Source: Planctomycetota bacterium
GTDB lineage: Bacteria > Planctomycetota > UBA1135 > UBA2386
Length of the DNA: 64,000 nucleotides
Assembly: GCA_046290465.1 (NCBI GenBank)
Contig: JBKAGP010000001.1
Span: 5,865,299-5,929,298 of the forward strand
Reading direction: 5' to 3'
In this document: one piece after another, positions 8,842 to 18,693 of the stretch
How positions within the stretch are numbered: position 1 is the stretch's first letter
How the letters are laid out: each line of letters opens with the position of its first letter
Made by a program: the position numbers and the translations under genes
The notes under the pieces: model-generated
Databases searched by the model: none
What the model saw: only the letters and a program-made list of their open reading frames with translations
What the model was told of the DNA's origin: nothing

Positions 8842-11518
8842 CGGAGCGGCCGCGCGTCTGCTCGCGGCCGCAGCGCTGTCGGTGGCCCTGTTCGCGGATG
8901 TGGCCATGGCGCAGCAGCCGGCCCCGCAGCAGCCGGCCCCGCAGCAGCCGCAGGGGCCGGGGGCCCGCGTCGATCGGCCGCTGCCGACGATCAGCGGCGA
9001 GCTGTACTTCGAGGCCGCCGTGCAGGCCTTGAAGGGCAAGTCCGTGCGTTCGATCCAGGTCACCAAGGCCGACCGGCAGAGCGCCTCGGTGACGCCGCTC
9101 GACCAGGCCAGCGCCGAGTCGATCGTGCGCGGCCTCGAGACCCGCATCGGCCAGCCGTTCGAGCCGCGCAAGGTGTCGGCCGACTGCGCCGCGCTGTGGA
9201 CCGAGCGGCGCCTGGTCGTGCGCGCCTACGCCGAGGAGGTCGACGGCGAGGTCGTCGTGACCTACCAGGTCGACCTGCAGGTCGAGCGCTACGAGAGCGT
9301 CGTGTTCGCCGGCCAGAAGCACCTCGAACTGCCCGAGATCTACGCGCTGATCGGCTACTACTCGGGCCGCCGCACGACCCGCACCGAGGCCGAGGCGATG
9401 CGCAAGCTGCTACTGGCGCGCTACCGGCGCGATGGCTACGCGTTCTGCAACATCCAGCTGGTCGACCTGCCCGCGTTCGACGACACGCCGACGCAAGAGG
9501 AGCTCGGGTCGCCGCGGCAGCGCCTGCGGATCCTGATCGAGGAAGGCCCGAAGGTGACGGTGCGCGACATCGACTTCGTCGGCAACCGGTCGTTCCCGGC
9601 GGATCCGATCCTCGGCCTGTTCGGCACCGACAACTACCTGATCCGCGACGCGCGCATCGACAGCGACCCGGCGCGCGGCTTCGTGCGCGGCGGCGCGTTC
9701 AGCCGCGAGGTGCTCGAGGAGGACCTCGACCGGCTGCGCCTGTTCTACCGCAGCCGCGGCTTCCTGGAGGCGACCGTCGACCTCGCCGACGTGCGCTTCA
9801 GCGAGGACCGCACCAGCGTCGACCTGTCGTTCGTGATCGTCGAGGGCCCGCGCTACCGGATCCGTTCGGTCAAGGTGCAGCACGTCACCGTCGACCAGGA
9901 GCCGCTCGGCGTCGAGCCGCTGTATCCGGCGAGCGAGGTCGAGCAGGTGCTCAAGGTCGCACCCGGCGAGTTCTACGACCACGACCGGCTGCAGCGCGAC
10001 CAGCTGAAGATCGAGGAGTTCTACGGCCGCCGCGGCCATCCGTCGGTCAGCTTCCCCGGCATGCGCCAGGCGCTGCGGCAGGGTTGTCGGGTGTTCACGC
10101 CGCTCGAGATCTACGCCGAGGGCCCCGAGGTCGACATCGTCTTCCAGGTCAGCGAGGGCTCGCCCAAGACGCTGCGCGACGTCGTGATTCGCGGCAACCG
10201 CTTCACGCGCGACCCGGTCATCCGGCGTCGCTTCCGGGTGCTGCCGGGCGAACGCATCGACATGCTCGAGGTGCGCCGGGCGCTACGGCGGATCGAGAAC
10301 ACGCGGTTCTTCCAGGATCCGGTGACGCTGCAAGGGCCACGGCTGCAGCTGGAGCCGGTCGCGGGCGACCCCGACAAGGTCGACATCGGCCTCGACGTGC
10401 AGGACGGCCCGACCGGCGAACTGCGCTGGGGGGTCGGCATCTCGACCGGCATCGGCGCGCAGGCGCAGATCACCTTCAACAAGCGCAACTTCGACCTGTG
10501 GAACCCGCCGAGCAGCGCCAACCCGATCACCGCGATCGAGGAGATCCTCGACGCCAAGGCGTTCCACGGCGGCGGCCAGAACCTGTCGATGCTGCTCGCG
10601 CCGGGTAGCCGGCAGAGCCAGTTCTCGATGACCTACGTCGAGCCCGACATCTTCGGCGACCACCTCGACACCTATGCGCTACGGATCACCGGCCAGCGCC
10701 GCATCCGCCGCCTCCCCGACGGCTACACGTCCGACGTGCTCGGCGGCGAGGTCGGGCTGTCGCGCAACTTCACCGAGTTCTTCAATGCCGGCGTGTCGGT
10801 CCGCCAGGAGACCGTCGAGATCGACAGCCTGGCGCAGGACGCGACCCAGCTGGCGTTCGATGCCGAAGGCCAGACCGAGCTGCGCGGCGCGCGCATCAGC
10901 ATGCGCTACCGCGACTACGACGACCTGCTGCGGCCGACCGAGGGCGTCGACCTGGGGCTGTCGTTCGAGGTCATCGGCGGCCCGTTCGGGGCGGCCGAGG
11001 ACCTGACCAAGTGGGAGCACCGCGCCGACGTCTACCTGCCGATCGCCGAGAACGAGATGGGCCACCGCACGGTGTTCCACTGGCGGCAGTTCTTCGGCTA
11101 CGCGCAGGAGTTCGGCGGCAGCGACGACGTGTTCCTGACCGAACGGTTCTACATGGGCGGCGGCAACCTGCGCGGGTTCGACTTCCGCCGCGCCGGCCCG
11201 ACGCAGTTCCAGCGGCCGCTCGGCGGCGAGGCGATCTACACGTCGAGCTACGAGGTCTACTTCCCGCTGGTCGCGACGCGGCTCGAGGGCGAGGTGCGCG
11301 ACCGCGAACTGCTGCGCTGGGTGGTGTTCACCGACATCGGCTTCCTCGGCCTCGGCCTCAGCGACCCGACCTTCGGTGAGATGCGCGCCAGCTCCGGCGT
11401 CGGCCTGCGCATCGAGATCCCGTACCTCGAACTGCCGATCGCGCTCGACCTCGGTTGGCCGTGGCTCTACGAGGAGTCGGACGACCGCCGCCAGCTCTAC
11501 TTCTCGATCAGCCGATGA
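8804..11518 (+). CDS. bamA: Outer membrane protein assembly factor BamA (POTRA repeats plus Omp85 barrel)
   Basis: ORF 8684..11518. Signal-like AAARLLAAAALSVALFADVAMAQQ, POTRA-like repeats, and barrel motifs (RFYMGGGNLRGF, SSGVGLRIEIP). The start is uncertain. TTG 8804 gives a charged n-region and a 38-nt overlap with dnaB; GTG 8684 would overlap by 158 nt. Confidence 0.85.
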   Translation: MRTTRAEPSRCSSGAAARLLAAAALSVALFADVAMAQQPAPQQPAPQQPQGPGARVDRPLPTISGELYFEAAVQALKGKSVRSIQVTKADRQSASVTPLDQASAESIVRGLETRIGQPFEPRKVSADCAALWTERRLVVRAYAEEVDGEVVVTYQVDLQVERYESVVFAGQKHLELPEIYALIGYYSGRRTTRTEAEAMRKLLLARYRRDGYAFCNIQLVDLPAFDDTPTQEELGSPRQRLRILIEEGPKVTVRDIDFVGNRSFPADPILGLFGTDNYLIRDARIDSDPARGFVRGGAFSREVLEEDLDRLRLFYRSRGFLEATVDLADVRFSEDRTSVDLSFVIVEGPRYRIRSVKVQHVTVDQEPLGVEPLYPASEVEQVLKVAPGEFYDHDRLQRDQLKIEEFYGRRGHPSVSFPGMRQALRQGCRVFTPLEIYAEGPEVDIVFQVSEGSPKTLRDVVIRGNRFTRDPVIRRRFRVLPGERIDMLEVRRALRRIENTRFFQDPVTLQGPRLQLEPVAGDPDKVDIGLDVQDGPTGELRWGVGISTGIGAQAQITFNKRNFDLWNPPSSANPITAIEEILDAKAFHGGGQNLSMLLAPGSRQSQFSMTYVEPDIFGDHLDTYALRITGQRRIRRLPDGYTSDVLGGEVGLSRNFTEFFNAGVSVRQETVEIDSLAQDATQLAFDAEGQTELRGARISMRYRDYDDLLRPTEGVDLGLSFEVIGGPFGAAEDLTKWEHRADVYLPIAENEMGHRTVFHWRQFFGYAQEFGGSDDVFLTERFYMGGGNLRGFDFRRAGPTQFQRPLGGEAIYTSSYEVYFPLVATRLEGEVRDRELLRWVVFTDIGFLGLGLSDPTFGEMRASSGVGLRIEIPYLELPIALDLGWPWLYEESDDRRQLYFSISR

Positions 11519-12069
11519 GCGGCGAACGGACCTTCCGCCGGCTCGACCGCGAGGTGCTGGTCGACAACCGCTGGCACCGCTACTGCCGCGACCGCTACGT
11601 GCAGCGCGACGGCTCCGAGGGCGAGTACTACTACGTCGACATGCCGGGCAGCAGCGCCACGATCCCCGTGTTCGACGACGGCACGATGGTGCTGATCCGC
11701 GCGCACCGCTACCTGCTCGGCCTCGACCTGTGGGAGTTTCCGATCGGCGGCATGAAGGACGGCGAGGACCCGCTCGAGGTCGCCCGCAAGGAGCTGCGCG
11801 AGGAGGCGGGGCTGCTGGCCGACGACTGGACGTCGCTCGGCCACTTCGCTCCGTACAAGGGCGTCTCCAACGAGCGCTGCCACTTCTTCCTGGCGCGCGG
11901 CCTGCACGGCGTGCCGCAGGACCTCGAAGCGAGCGAACAGATCAGCGTGCACCGCATGCCGATCGACGAGGCGCGGCGCACGCTGCTCGGCCAGGCCTGT
12001 GGCGACGGCCAGTCGATGGCGGGGCTGCTGCTGCTCGATCGCTGGCTGGCCGCGGGCAACCACCTGTGA
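11515..12069 (+). CDS. Nudix hydrolase (ADP-ribose pyrophosphatase-like)
   Basis: ORF 11455..12069. ATG 11515 overlaps the bamA stop (ATGA). Nudix box: GGMKDGEDPLEVARKELREEAGL. Confidence 0.85.
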   Translation: MSGERTFRRLDREVLVDNRWHRYCRDRYVQRDGSEGEYYYVDMPGSSATIPVFDDGTMVLIRAHRYLLGLDLWEFPIGGMKDGEDPLEVARKELREEAGLLADDWTSLGHFAPYKGVSNERCHFFLARGLHGVPQDLEASEQISVHRMPIDEARRTLLGQACGDGQSMAGLLLLDRWLAAGNHL

Positions 12070-12851
12070 GCGGCGCGCAGCTGCGGGACTTCGAGCGGGC
12101 CGAGCGCGCGCTGCACGCCGCGATGGAGCTGGCGCTGCGGCACGCGCGGGCCGGCGTCGAGGTCGACTACAAGGAGGGCGGCAGCCCGGTGACGATCGCC
12201 GACCGCGAGATCGACGACCTGCTGCGGCGTGAGCTGGTCGAGCCGGGGGACGGCTGGCTGTCCGAGGAGAGCGAGGACGAGCCGTCGCGGCTGCAGCGGC
12301 AGCGGGTGTGGGTGGTCGACCCGCTCGACGGCACCCGTTCGTTCGTCTCCGGCCGCAAGGACTACTCGGTCTCGATCGCGCTGCTGGTCGACCGGCAGCC
12401 GGTGCTCGGCGCCGTCGGCAGTCCGGCCAACGGGGTCACCGTGGTCGGCGGGCCCGGGCACGGCGTGCAGGTGCACGGCGAGCCCGAGTGGCGGCTGCGC
12501 GCGGTCTCCGACCGGCCGCGGGTGGTGATGTCGCGCAGCGAGATGAAGCACGGCGAAGCCAGACACCTGGAAGGTGCGCTGCCGGTCCAGCCGGTCGGTT
12601 CGGCCGCCTACAAGCTGGCGCTGGTCGCGGCCGGGTTCGCCGACGCTACCTGGACGATGTGGCCCAAGCACGAGTGGGACGTCGCCGCCGGCGCGGCGCT
12701 GGTGCTCGGCGCCGGCGGCGAGGTCTGGCTGCCGCGCGGCGGCCACCTGCTGTGGAACCGCGCGCGGCCGCGGTTCGTCAGCTTCGCCGCGGCGCGGCCG
12801 GGTTTCCGCGAACTGGCCGAACGCTACGTGCGCGGGCGCGACCGAACCTAG
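12066..12851 (+). CDS. Inositol monophosphatase / CysQ-family phosphatase
   Basis: Tail of ORF 11376..12851. GTG 12066 overlaps the Nudix stop (GTGA). Motifs: SEESEDE, WVVDPLDGTRSF and WDVAAGAALV. Confidence 0.8.
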   Translation: MSGAQLRDFERAERALHAAMELALRHARAGVEVDYKEGGSPVTIADREIDDLLRRELVEPGDGWLSEESEDEPSRLQRQRVWVVDPLDGTRSFVSGRKDYSVSIALLVDRQPVLGAVGSPANGVTVVGGPGHGVQVHGEPEWRLRAVSDRPRVVMSRSEMKHGEARHLEGALPVQPVGSAAYKLALVAAGFADATWTMWPKHEWDVAAGAALVLGAGGEVWLPRGGHLLWNRARPRFVSFAAARPGFRELAERYVRGRDRT

Positions 12852-12860
12852 GCGTCGGTG

Positions 12861-12887
12861 CGGTCGATTGGGCTTTTGGCCCGACCG
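12861..12887. terminator. Hairpin between convergent genes (possible bidirectional terminator)
   Basis: CGGTCG..GGC TTTTG GCC..CGACCG: a 6-bp outer stem plus a 3-bp inner stem around a T-rich loop, in the 37-bp gap between stops at 12851 and 12889. Confidence 0.3.
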
Positions 12888-12888
12888 G

Positions 12889-14742
12889 CTACCAGAGCTG
12901 CACCGTCGACCGGTCGCCCAGATACGGCGCGCTGCCGTCGTTGGGCGCCAGCAGCAGCTGGGCGAACACCGTGGCACCGGCCAACGCCGGCGACGGCGGC
13001 ATCGTCCACGCGACCCGCGCCACGCCGGTCTCGCGGTCCGGGGTCGGCTGCACGACGAACGTCGAGCCGAGGTCGAGGTGCAGTTCGCCGAGGCCCGGGA
13101 TCGTCGTCGGCGGTCCAGGCGGCGCGAACCCGGCGATCACCACCGCGTCGCGCAGCGGCGTCGTCGAGAACACGATCTCGGCGCCGCGCGGCTGCACCCG
13201 ACGGAAGTGCGGGAACTGCTGCATCGACACGATCTCGGCCAGCATGCCGCAGGCGGCGATCCGCTGGCCGTCGAGCAGGTAGCCGACCTCGCTGTTGGCG
13301 AACGGTGCCAGCGCGTGCGGCCCCAGGTCGAGGTGGTGCCATCGACCCGCCTGGGCGCCGATGCCGTGCGCGTGGTCGCCGTCGACGACCAGCGCGGTCG
13401 TGCGCCAGATCCGGAACAGCGGAGTGCCGGTGCCGGTCCGCGGCGTCGCGATCCAGCGCGCCTGGTCGCCGTCGAACGCGAACAGCGAGGCGCCGTCGTG
13501 GGCGAGCAGCGGCGCGCTGCTCGGATTGCCGGCCAGGCCCTGCACGGGCCGGCCGAGCGGCACGAACTGGCCGCTGTTGGCCGCGAACGCGTAGCAGTCG
13601 CTGCTCGCCTCGAGCGCGATCGTGGTCGTCGTGGCCAGGGGCGCGCGGCCGATCGTCGCCGCGGGGGCCGCGTGCCACGACGCCGTCACCGCGCTGAACG
13701 CGTGGGTCAGGCCGCCACCGTCGGTGGCGTAGGCGGCCGAGGCTCCGGCCGCCGAGCCGATGCTCGCGATCGGCAGCGTCTGGGTCTGCTGCCGCAGCGC
13801 GCTGTAGCCGCGCACGCCGGCGGCGTCGTGCAGCAACGCGGTCGCGAGCCCGGTCTCGATCGAGGTCGCCGCCGCGCCGACCGGCACCACGTCCGCGGTC
13901 ACCGCCGAGTACGCGTGCAGCGAACCGTTGCTGTCCAGCAGCGCGAACAGGTCGCTGCCGGCGACGACGCCGGCGTTCGGCAGCGAGAACGTCGTGAACG
14001 AGCCGACCAGGCCGCTGTAGGCGAAGCCGCCCTGGCCGTCGTGCCACAGGCCCCAGTCGTCGCCGCGTTGGAAGGTCGCGTTGGCGAGCGTGGGGGACTT
14101 CGACCAGCTGCGGGTGTGCGCCGAGAACGCGTAGACGCGTGCGCCGACCGCGAAGCCGGCGGTGCCGTCGGTGTCCAGCGACTGGAGCTGACCGGCGCCG
14201 GTGTCGTGCCAGCGGCCGTCGAACGCGGACATGCCCCACAGCCGGGTGCCGCTGTGCACGACCGCGACGTGACGGCGCACGCTGCCGCTGGCATTGGCTG
14301 CCAGGGCGCGCGTCACCCAGCGGCCGGTGAACGCGCTGAACGCGTGCAGGGCCGCGCCGTCGCGGACCAGCACGATCGAGTCGTTCTTGGCGTTGGCGCC
14401 GTTCCACAGCACGGCGTTGGGCGAGACCTGCAGGTCGCTGCGCTGGCCGTCGTAGGACGAGATCGCGACGATCCGATGGCCGTCGAACAGCACCGCGCAG
14501 TCGTTGAACAGTTCGAGCGTGGCGGTCGGCGACTTGTCCATGTGGTGCCAGCGGCGCGTGATCGACGAGAACAAGTGCAGCGTGTCGCCCCCGTCGTAGC
14601 TGACCAGCTTGCCCTGCCCGCGCACGGCCGCGGCCGCGATGCCGCCCGCCGGTCGCAGCTCGGCCCACGCGTTCGGGGACTGGGCCGTGCACGGCAGCGT
14701 CGCGGCGAGCGCGGTGGCGAGCAGGCGGAGCGGCGACGGCAT
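12889..14742 (-). CDS. Secreted repeat protein (about 12 degenerate ~45-aa repeats) ending in the shared C-terminal module
   Basis: ORF 12889..14832. Start set at MPSPLRLLATALAATLPCTAQ (14742). The recurring motif includes LHAFSAFTGRW, LWGMSAFDGRW, VYAFSAHTRSW, THAFSAVTASW and LFAFDGDQARW. The tail IPGLGELHLDLG...MPPSPALAGATVFAQ...STVQLW matches the module in five other proteins. Confidence 0.7.
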   Translation of the reverse strand: MPSPLRLLATALAATLPCTAQSPNAWAELRPAGGIAAAAVRGQGKLVSYDGGDTLHLFSSITRRWHHMDKSPTATLELFNDCAVLFDGHRIVAISSYDGQRSDLQVSPNAVLWNGANAKNDSIVLVRDGAALHAFSAFTGRWVTRALAANASGSVRRHVAVVHSGTRLWGMSAFDGRWHDTGAGQLQSLDTDGTAGFAVGARVYAFSAHTRSWSKSPTLANATFQRGDDWGLWHDGQGGFAYSGLVGSFTTFSLPNAGVVAGSDLFALLDSNGSLHAYSAVTADVVPVGAAATSIETGLATALLHDAAGVRGYSALRQQTQTLPIASIGSAAGASAAYATDGGGLTHAFSAVTASWHAAPAATIGRAPLATTTTIALEASSDCYAFAANSGQFVPLGRPVQGLAGNPSSAPLLAHDGASLFAFDGDQARWIATPRTGTGTPLFRIWRTTALVVDGDHAHGIGAQAGRWHHLDLGPHALAPFANSEVGYLLDGQRIAACGMLAEIVSMQQFPHFRRVQPRGAEIVFSTTPLRDAVVIAGFAPPGPPTTIPGLGELHLDLGSTFVVQPTPDRETGVARVAWTMPPSPALAGATVFAQLLLAPNDGSAPYLGDRSTVQLW

Positions 14743-14888
14743 CGTGGCGACGATACGGGATCGCGCCGACGGCGCGAGGCGGGCGGCGGCGTCGGCGTCG
14801 TCTGATTCCTGTATCCGAACGGCCGCTGCCAAGGTCGGTTGCGCCCGGATTGGGCCCGGCGCCGTCGTTGCGTCGATGCTGTAACGGG

Positions 14889-15737
14889 ATGGAGACGCGT
14901 ACCTCAGACCTCTCTCGCGTGTTTGCGCGACTGATCCAGGCTCGCCAGGTCGAGCTGCCGCCGATGCCGGGCACGGCCGCGGAGGTGCTCGACGTCTGCC
15001 AGCAGGAGGATGCCGACGCGGCGCGCCTGTCGGCCGTGATCCACAAGGACCAGACGGTCGCCTCCAACGTGCTGCGCGTCGCCAACTCGGCGGCCTACTC
15101 CGGCCAGGTGCCGTGCTCGTCGCTGCAGCAGGCGGTCAGCCGGCTGGGCATGCAGATGGTCACCGAGATCACCATGGCGGTGTCGGTGCGCGGCCGCATG
15201 TTCACCAACGAGGCCTGCGCCGAATTGCTCGACTCGCTCTGGAAGCACTCGGTGATGACCGCGTTCTTCACCAAGGAGATTGCGCGCATGCGCCGGCGCA
15301 ACGTCGAGATCGCGTTCCTGTGCGGCCTGCTGCACGACGTCGGCAAGGCGGTGCTGCTCGGCAGCGTCGACCGCGTGCTCGGCAGCGAGGAGCTGACCGT
15401 GCCGCGCGACGAGCTCTACGAGGCGCTGCACGAACAGCACGTCGAGGCCGGGCTGCTGCTCGCCGACGAGTGGAAGCTGCCGGCGCTGGTGGCCGAGGCG
15501 ATCGCCTGCCACCACGACAACCATCTGGCCAAGAGCCACGCCGACATGGCGATGACGGTGTGCCTGGCCGACCACCTGAGCCACCTGATCGCGCCCAGCC
15601 AGCTGGCGGCGCCGCCGTCCGAGGAACAGCTGCGCGCGCACGACGTGCTGGTCGGACTCAACATCTACCCGGACGAGTTGGACCAGCTGCTGGCGATGCG
15701 GGAACGCGCGCTGGAGGTCACCGAGGGGTTGCAGTGA
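14889..15737 (+). CDS. HDOD domain signalling protein
   Basis: ORF 14850..15737, ATG 14889. Motifs: LPPMPGTAAEVLDVCQQEDADAARLSAVIHKDQTVASNVLRVANSAAY, GLLHDVGK and IACHHD. Confidence 0.85.
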   Translation: METRTSDLSRVFARLIQARQVELPPMPGTAAEVLDVCQQEDADAARLSAVIHKDQTVASNVLRVANSAAYSGQVPCSSLQQAVSRLGMQMVTEITMAVSVRGRMFTNEACAELLDSLWKHSVMTAFFTKEIARMRRRNVEIAFLCGLLHDVGKAVLLGSVDRVLGSEELTVPRDELYEALHEQHVEAGLLLADEWKLPALVAEAIACHHDNHLAKSHADMAMTVCLADHLSHLIAPSQLAAPPSEEQLRAHDVLVGLNIYPDELDQLLAMRERALEVTEGLQ

Positions 15738-17182
15738 GCGGCGCGCCAGGGCAGCCGGGTCGACCGCGTCCCGAGCAGTGGGACGTGGTCGTGATCGGCA
15801 GCGGCCCGGCCGGCCAGAAGGCGGCGATCCAGGCCTCCAAGGCCAACCGCCGCGTCTGCCTGGTCGAACGCGAGGTCGGCGTCGGCGGCGCCTGCGTGCA
15901 CCGCGGCACGATCCCGAGCAAGACGCTGCGCGAGACGGCGCTGCACCTGTGCGAGATGCGCAAGCGCGTCGGCCGCCACGTGCGCATCGAGATGCCGCAC
16001 GACCTGCAGCTGGTCAGCCTGATGGATCGCATGGAGAGCGTGGTCACCGCGCACGTCGACTACCAGGGCCGCCAGATGATGCGCAACGGTGTCGAGCAGA
16101 TCCACGGCCGCGCCCGCTTCGAGGACGCCAACACCGTGGTGGTGCAGGGCATCCGCGGGGACGAGCGCGTGGTGCAGGCCGGCACGATCGTGATCGCGAC
16201 CGGCTCGCGGCCGCGCACCCCGGACAACGTGCCGATCGACCACGAGCACGTCTACGACAGCGACTCGATCCTCAGCATGGCCTACCTGCCGGAGTCGCTG
16301 ACCGTGCTCGGTGGCGGGGTCATCGCGGCCGAGTATGCGACGATCTTCGCGTCGCTCGGCGTCGCCGTGACGATGATCGACCGCGCGCCGCGGCCGCTCG
16401 GCTTCCTCGACGGGGAGATCCTCGACCGCTTCGTGCACACCTTCGAGGGGCGCGAGGGCTGCACGTTCCTCGGCCGGGCGAAGTTCGAGTCGGTCGAGTG
16501 GGACGGCGTCAAGGAGGTCGTCACCACGCTCGAGAACGGCTGGAAGGTACGTTCGCAGAAGTTGCTGTGCGCGCTCGGCCGGGTCGCCAACGTCGAGGAA
16601 CTGCGCATCGAGAACGCCGGCCTGACCACCAACGCGCGCGGCCACATCGAGGTCGACGGCGACTGCCGCACGGCGGTGCCGAGCATCTACGCGGTCGGCG
16701 ACGTGATCGGGCCGCCGTCGTTGGCTTCGGCGTCGATGGAGCAGGGCCGCCGCGCGATGCGCTCGGCACTGCACATGGACCACGCGGTCGACCACGACCT
16801 GCTGCCGTCGGGCATCTACACGATCCCGGAGATCTCGACCGTCGGCTGCAGCGAGGACGAGGCGCGCACCCAGGGCCGTTCGGTCCTGGTCGGCCGCGCG
16901 ACCTTCCGCGAGCTCGCCCGCGGCCAGATCTCGGGCACGCAGGACGGCATGCTCAAGCTGGTGGTCGACCCCGAAACGCAGCGCATCCTCGGCTGCCAGA
17001 TCATCGGCGAGGGCGCCACCGAACTGGTGCACCTGGCCCAGCTGGCGATGATCAACGGCAACGACGTCGGCGTGTTCGTCGACAACATCTTCAACTTCCC
17101 GACCCTGGCCGAGGCCTACCGGGTCGCGGCGCTGGACGTCGTCGGGCAGGCGAACCGGCCGCAGCCCGAGCACGTCGACTGA
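15734..17182 (+). CDS. sthA: Soluble pyridine nucleotide transhydrogenase-like flavoprotein
   Basis: Tail of ORF 15113..17182. GTG 15734 overlaps the HDOD stop (GTGA). FAD fold: WDVVVIGSGPAGQKAAIQASK. GGACVHRGTIPSK has a single Cys instead of the CxxxxC of lipoamide dehydrogenases, as in SthA. The second dinucleotide fold is LTVLGGGVIAAEYA. Confidence 0.8.
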   Translation: MSGAPGQPGRPRPEQWDVVVIGSGPAGQKAAIQASKANRRVCLVEREVGVGGACVHRGTIPSKTLRETALHLCEMRKRVGRHVRIEMPHDLQLVSLMDRMESVVTAHVDYQGRQMMRNGVEQIHGRARFEDANTVVVQGIRGDERVVQAGTIVIATGSRPRTPDNVPIDHEHVYDSDSILSMAYLPESLTVLGGGVIAAEYATIFASLGVAVTMIDRAPRPLGFLDGEILDRFVHTFEGREGCTFLGRAKFESVEWDGVKEVVTTLENGWKVRSQKLLCALGRVANVEELRIENAGLTTNARGHIEVDGDCRTAVPSIYAVGDVIGPPSLASASMEQGRRAMRSALHMDHAVDHDLLPSGIYTIPEISTVGCSEDEARTQGRSVLVGRATFRELARGQISGTQDGMLKLVVDPETQRILGCQIIGEGATELVHLAQLAMINGNDVGVFVDNIFNFPTLAEAYRVAALDVVGQANRPQPEHVD

Positions 17183-17192
17183 GTCCGGCCAG

Positions 17193-17969
17193 CTACCGGT
17201 CGAACATCTCGTCGAACCAGTAGACGTCGCCGTCGCTGCGCCAGACCGTGCCGCGGTCGCCGTCGCCGGGCGCGATCCGCTGCAGGCCCGCGGTCGGCAG
17301 GCCGCCGAGCACCAGGCCGCCGACGCCGCTGCGCGCGACCACGTCGCCGATGCCCTTCAGGTGCGACTGGCCGACGAGCACCACCGGCAGGCGGTCTTTG
17401 TGCCGGCGGCACGCCGCCGCGACGGTGCGGGCGATGTATTCGTCGCGGCGTGCGAGCGGCAGCCGCGGGGTCGGTTCGAGCGCGAACACGGGGATGCGGT
17501 GCTGCCGGGCGAACGTGAGCAGCGAACGGAAGAACCACGGGTCGAGCTCCGGGTCGTCGAGCCACGAGCCGCTCCAGCGGGTGCGCATGCCCGAGCGCAG
17601 CGCGCGCATGTCGATCCGTCCCTCCAGGTAGTCGTCGACCATCGGCTGGTCGCGCACGCCGATCGCCTCGAGCCCGAGCAGGAGGTCGGCGCCGTCGCGC
17701 ACCAGTTGGTCGAGCAGTTCGGTCTGCAGCGCGTGCAGCCGCGAGTGGCGGTGGTGGTCGCCGAGCCACAGCGCACCGGCCGCGCGCGCGCGGCGCAGCA
17801 GCGCGTGGCGGTCGACCGCCTCGACCAGCCGTTGGCCGGCGGCGTCGGCGAAGCTCTGCCGGTAATCGCGGAACGCCGCACCCGGACCGTCCGGCCAGTC
17901 GAACCGCGTGGGCGAGCAGGCGCCGACGAACGTCAGCGTCGTGATGACGGCGAGCTTCGATGCAGGCAT
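17193..17969 (-). CDS. Lipoprotein, possibly ChaN/Tiki-type (haem-binding-uptake superfamily)
   Basis: C-terminal part of ORF 17193..18569. Start at MPASKLAVITTLTFVGACS (17969). LWLGDHHRHSRLH and VVLVGQSHL resemble ChaN-family His motifs, but this is by eye only. The N-terminal 200 aa of the listed ORF is antisense to elbB. Confidence 0.5.
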   Translation of the reverse strand: MPASKLAVITTLTFVGACSPTRFDWPDGPGAAFRDYRQSFADAAGQRLVEAVDRHALLRRARAAGALWLGDHHRHSRLHALQTELLDQLVRDGADLLLGLEAIGVRDQPMVDDYLEGRIDMRALRSGMRTRWSGSWLDDPELDPWFFRSLLTFARQHRIPVFALEPTPRLPLARRDEYIARTVAAACRRHKDRLPVVLVGQSHLKGIGDVVARSGVGGLVLGGLPTAGLQRIAPGDGDRGTVWRSDGDVYWFDEMFDR

Positions 17970-18000
17970 GATGCCGCTGGCAAGGATCCCGATGACGAAC

Positions 18001-18693
18001 ATGAAGCGCAAGGTAGGTGTCGTTCTCTCAGGCTGTGGCTTCCTCGACGGAGCCGAAATCCGCGAAGCCGTGCTGACGCTGCTGGCGCTCGACAGCCACG
18101 ACCTGGAGGCGGTCTGCGTGGCGCCCGACCGGGACCAGCTGCACGTGGTCGACCACCTGCGCGGTGAGCCGGTCTCTGACGAGGTGCGCAACGTGCGCGT
18201 CGAGGCGGCTCGGATCGCGCGCGGGGACGTGCTCGATCTGGCCGAGGTGCACGCCGACGACCTCGACGCGATCGTGCTGCCGGGCGGCTTCGGCATGGCC
18301 AAGAACTGCAGCGACTTCGCCAGCAAGGGCGCGGAGGCGACCGTCGACCCAGAACTCGCCGGCCTGCTGCGCGCGATGCACGCCGCCGGCAAGCCGATCG
18401 GCGCGATCTGCATCGCTCCCGCCGTGGTTGCCGCGGTGCTCGGTGAGGCGGCCCACCCGGTGTTGACGATCGGCAACGACGCCGGCACCGCGGCGGCGCT
18501 CGAAGCGATGGGGGCGCACCACCACGACACGCCGGTCGACACGCCGGTGATCGACCAGCAGAACCGCATCGTCAGCGTCGCGGCCTACATGTACGACGCG
18601 CGCCTGAAGGACGTGTCCGCCGGCATCCACAAGCTGGTGCACAGCCTCGTGCAGCTGCTCGACGGCACCACCGCGGTGAGGACCTGCCGATGA
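18001..18693 (+). CDS. elbB: DJ-1/PfpI-family protein ElbB (glyoxalase-like)
   Basis: ORF 17908..18693, ATG 18001. Motifs: MKRKVGVVLSGCGFLDGAEIREAVLTLLALD, LPGGFGMAKN and GAICIAP. Confidence 0.85.
   Translation: MKRKVGVVLSGCGFLDGAEIREAVLTLLALDSHDLEAVCVAPDRDQLHVVDHLRGEPVSDEVRNVRVEAARIARGDVLDLAEVHADDLDAIVLPGGFGMAKNCSDFASKGAEATVDPELAGLLRAMHAAGKPIGAICIAPAVVAAVLGEAAHPVLTIGNDAGTAAALEAMGAHHHDTPVDTPVIDQQNRIVSVAAYMYDARLKDVSAGIHKLVHSLVQLLDGTTAVRTCR

Noticed and set aside
17970-18569. N-terminal 200 aa of ORF 17193..18569(-).
   Set aside because: It is a Ser/Ala/Thr/Arg-rich shadow antisense to elbB. The real lipoprotein starts at 17969 with a lipobox-type signal.
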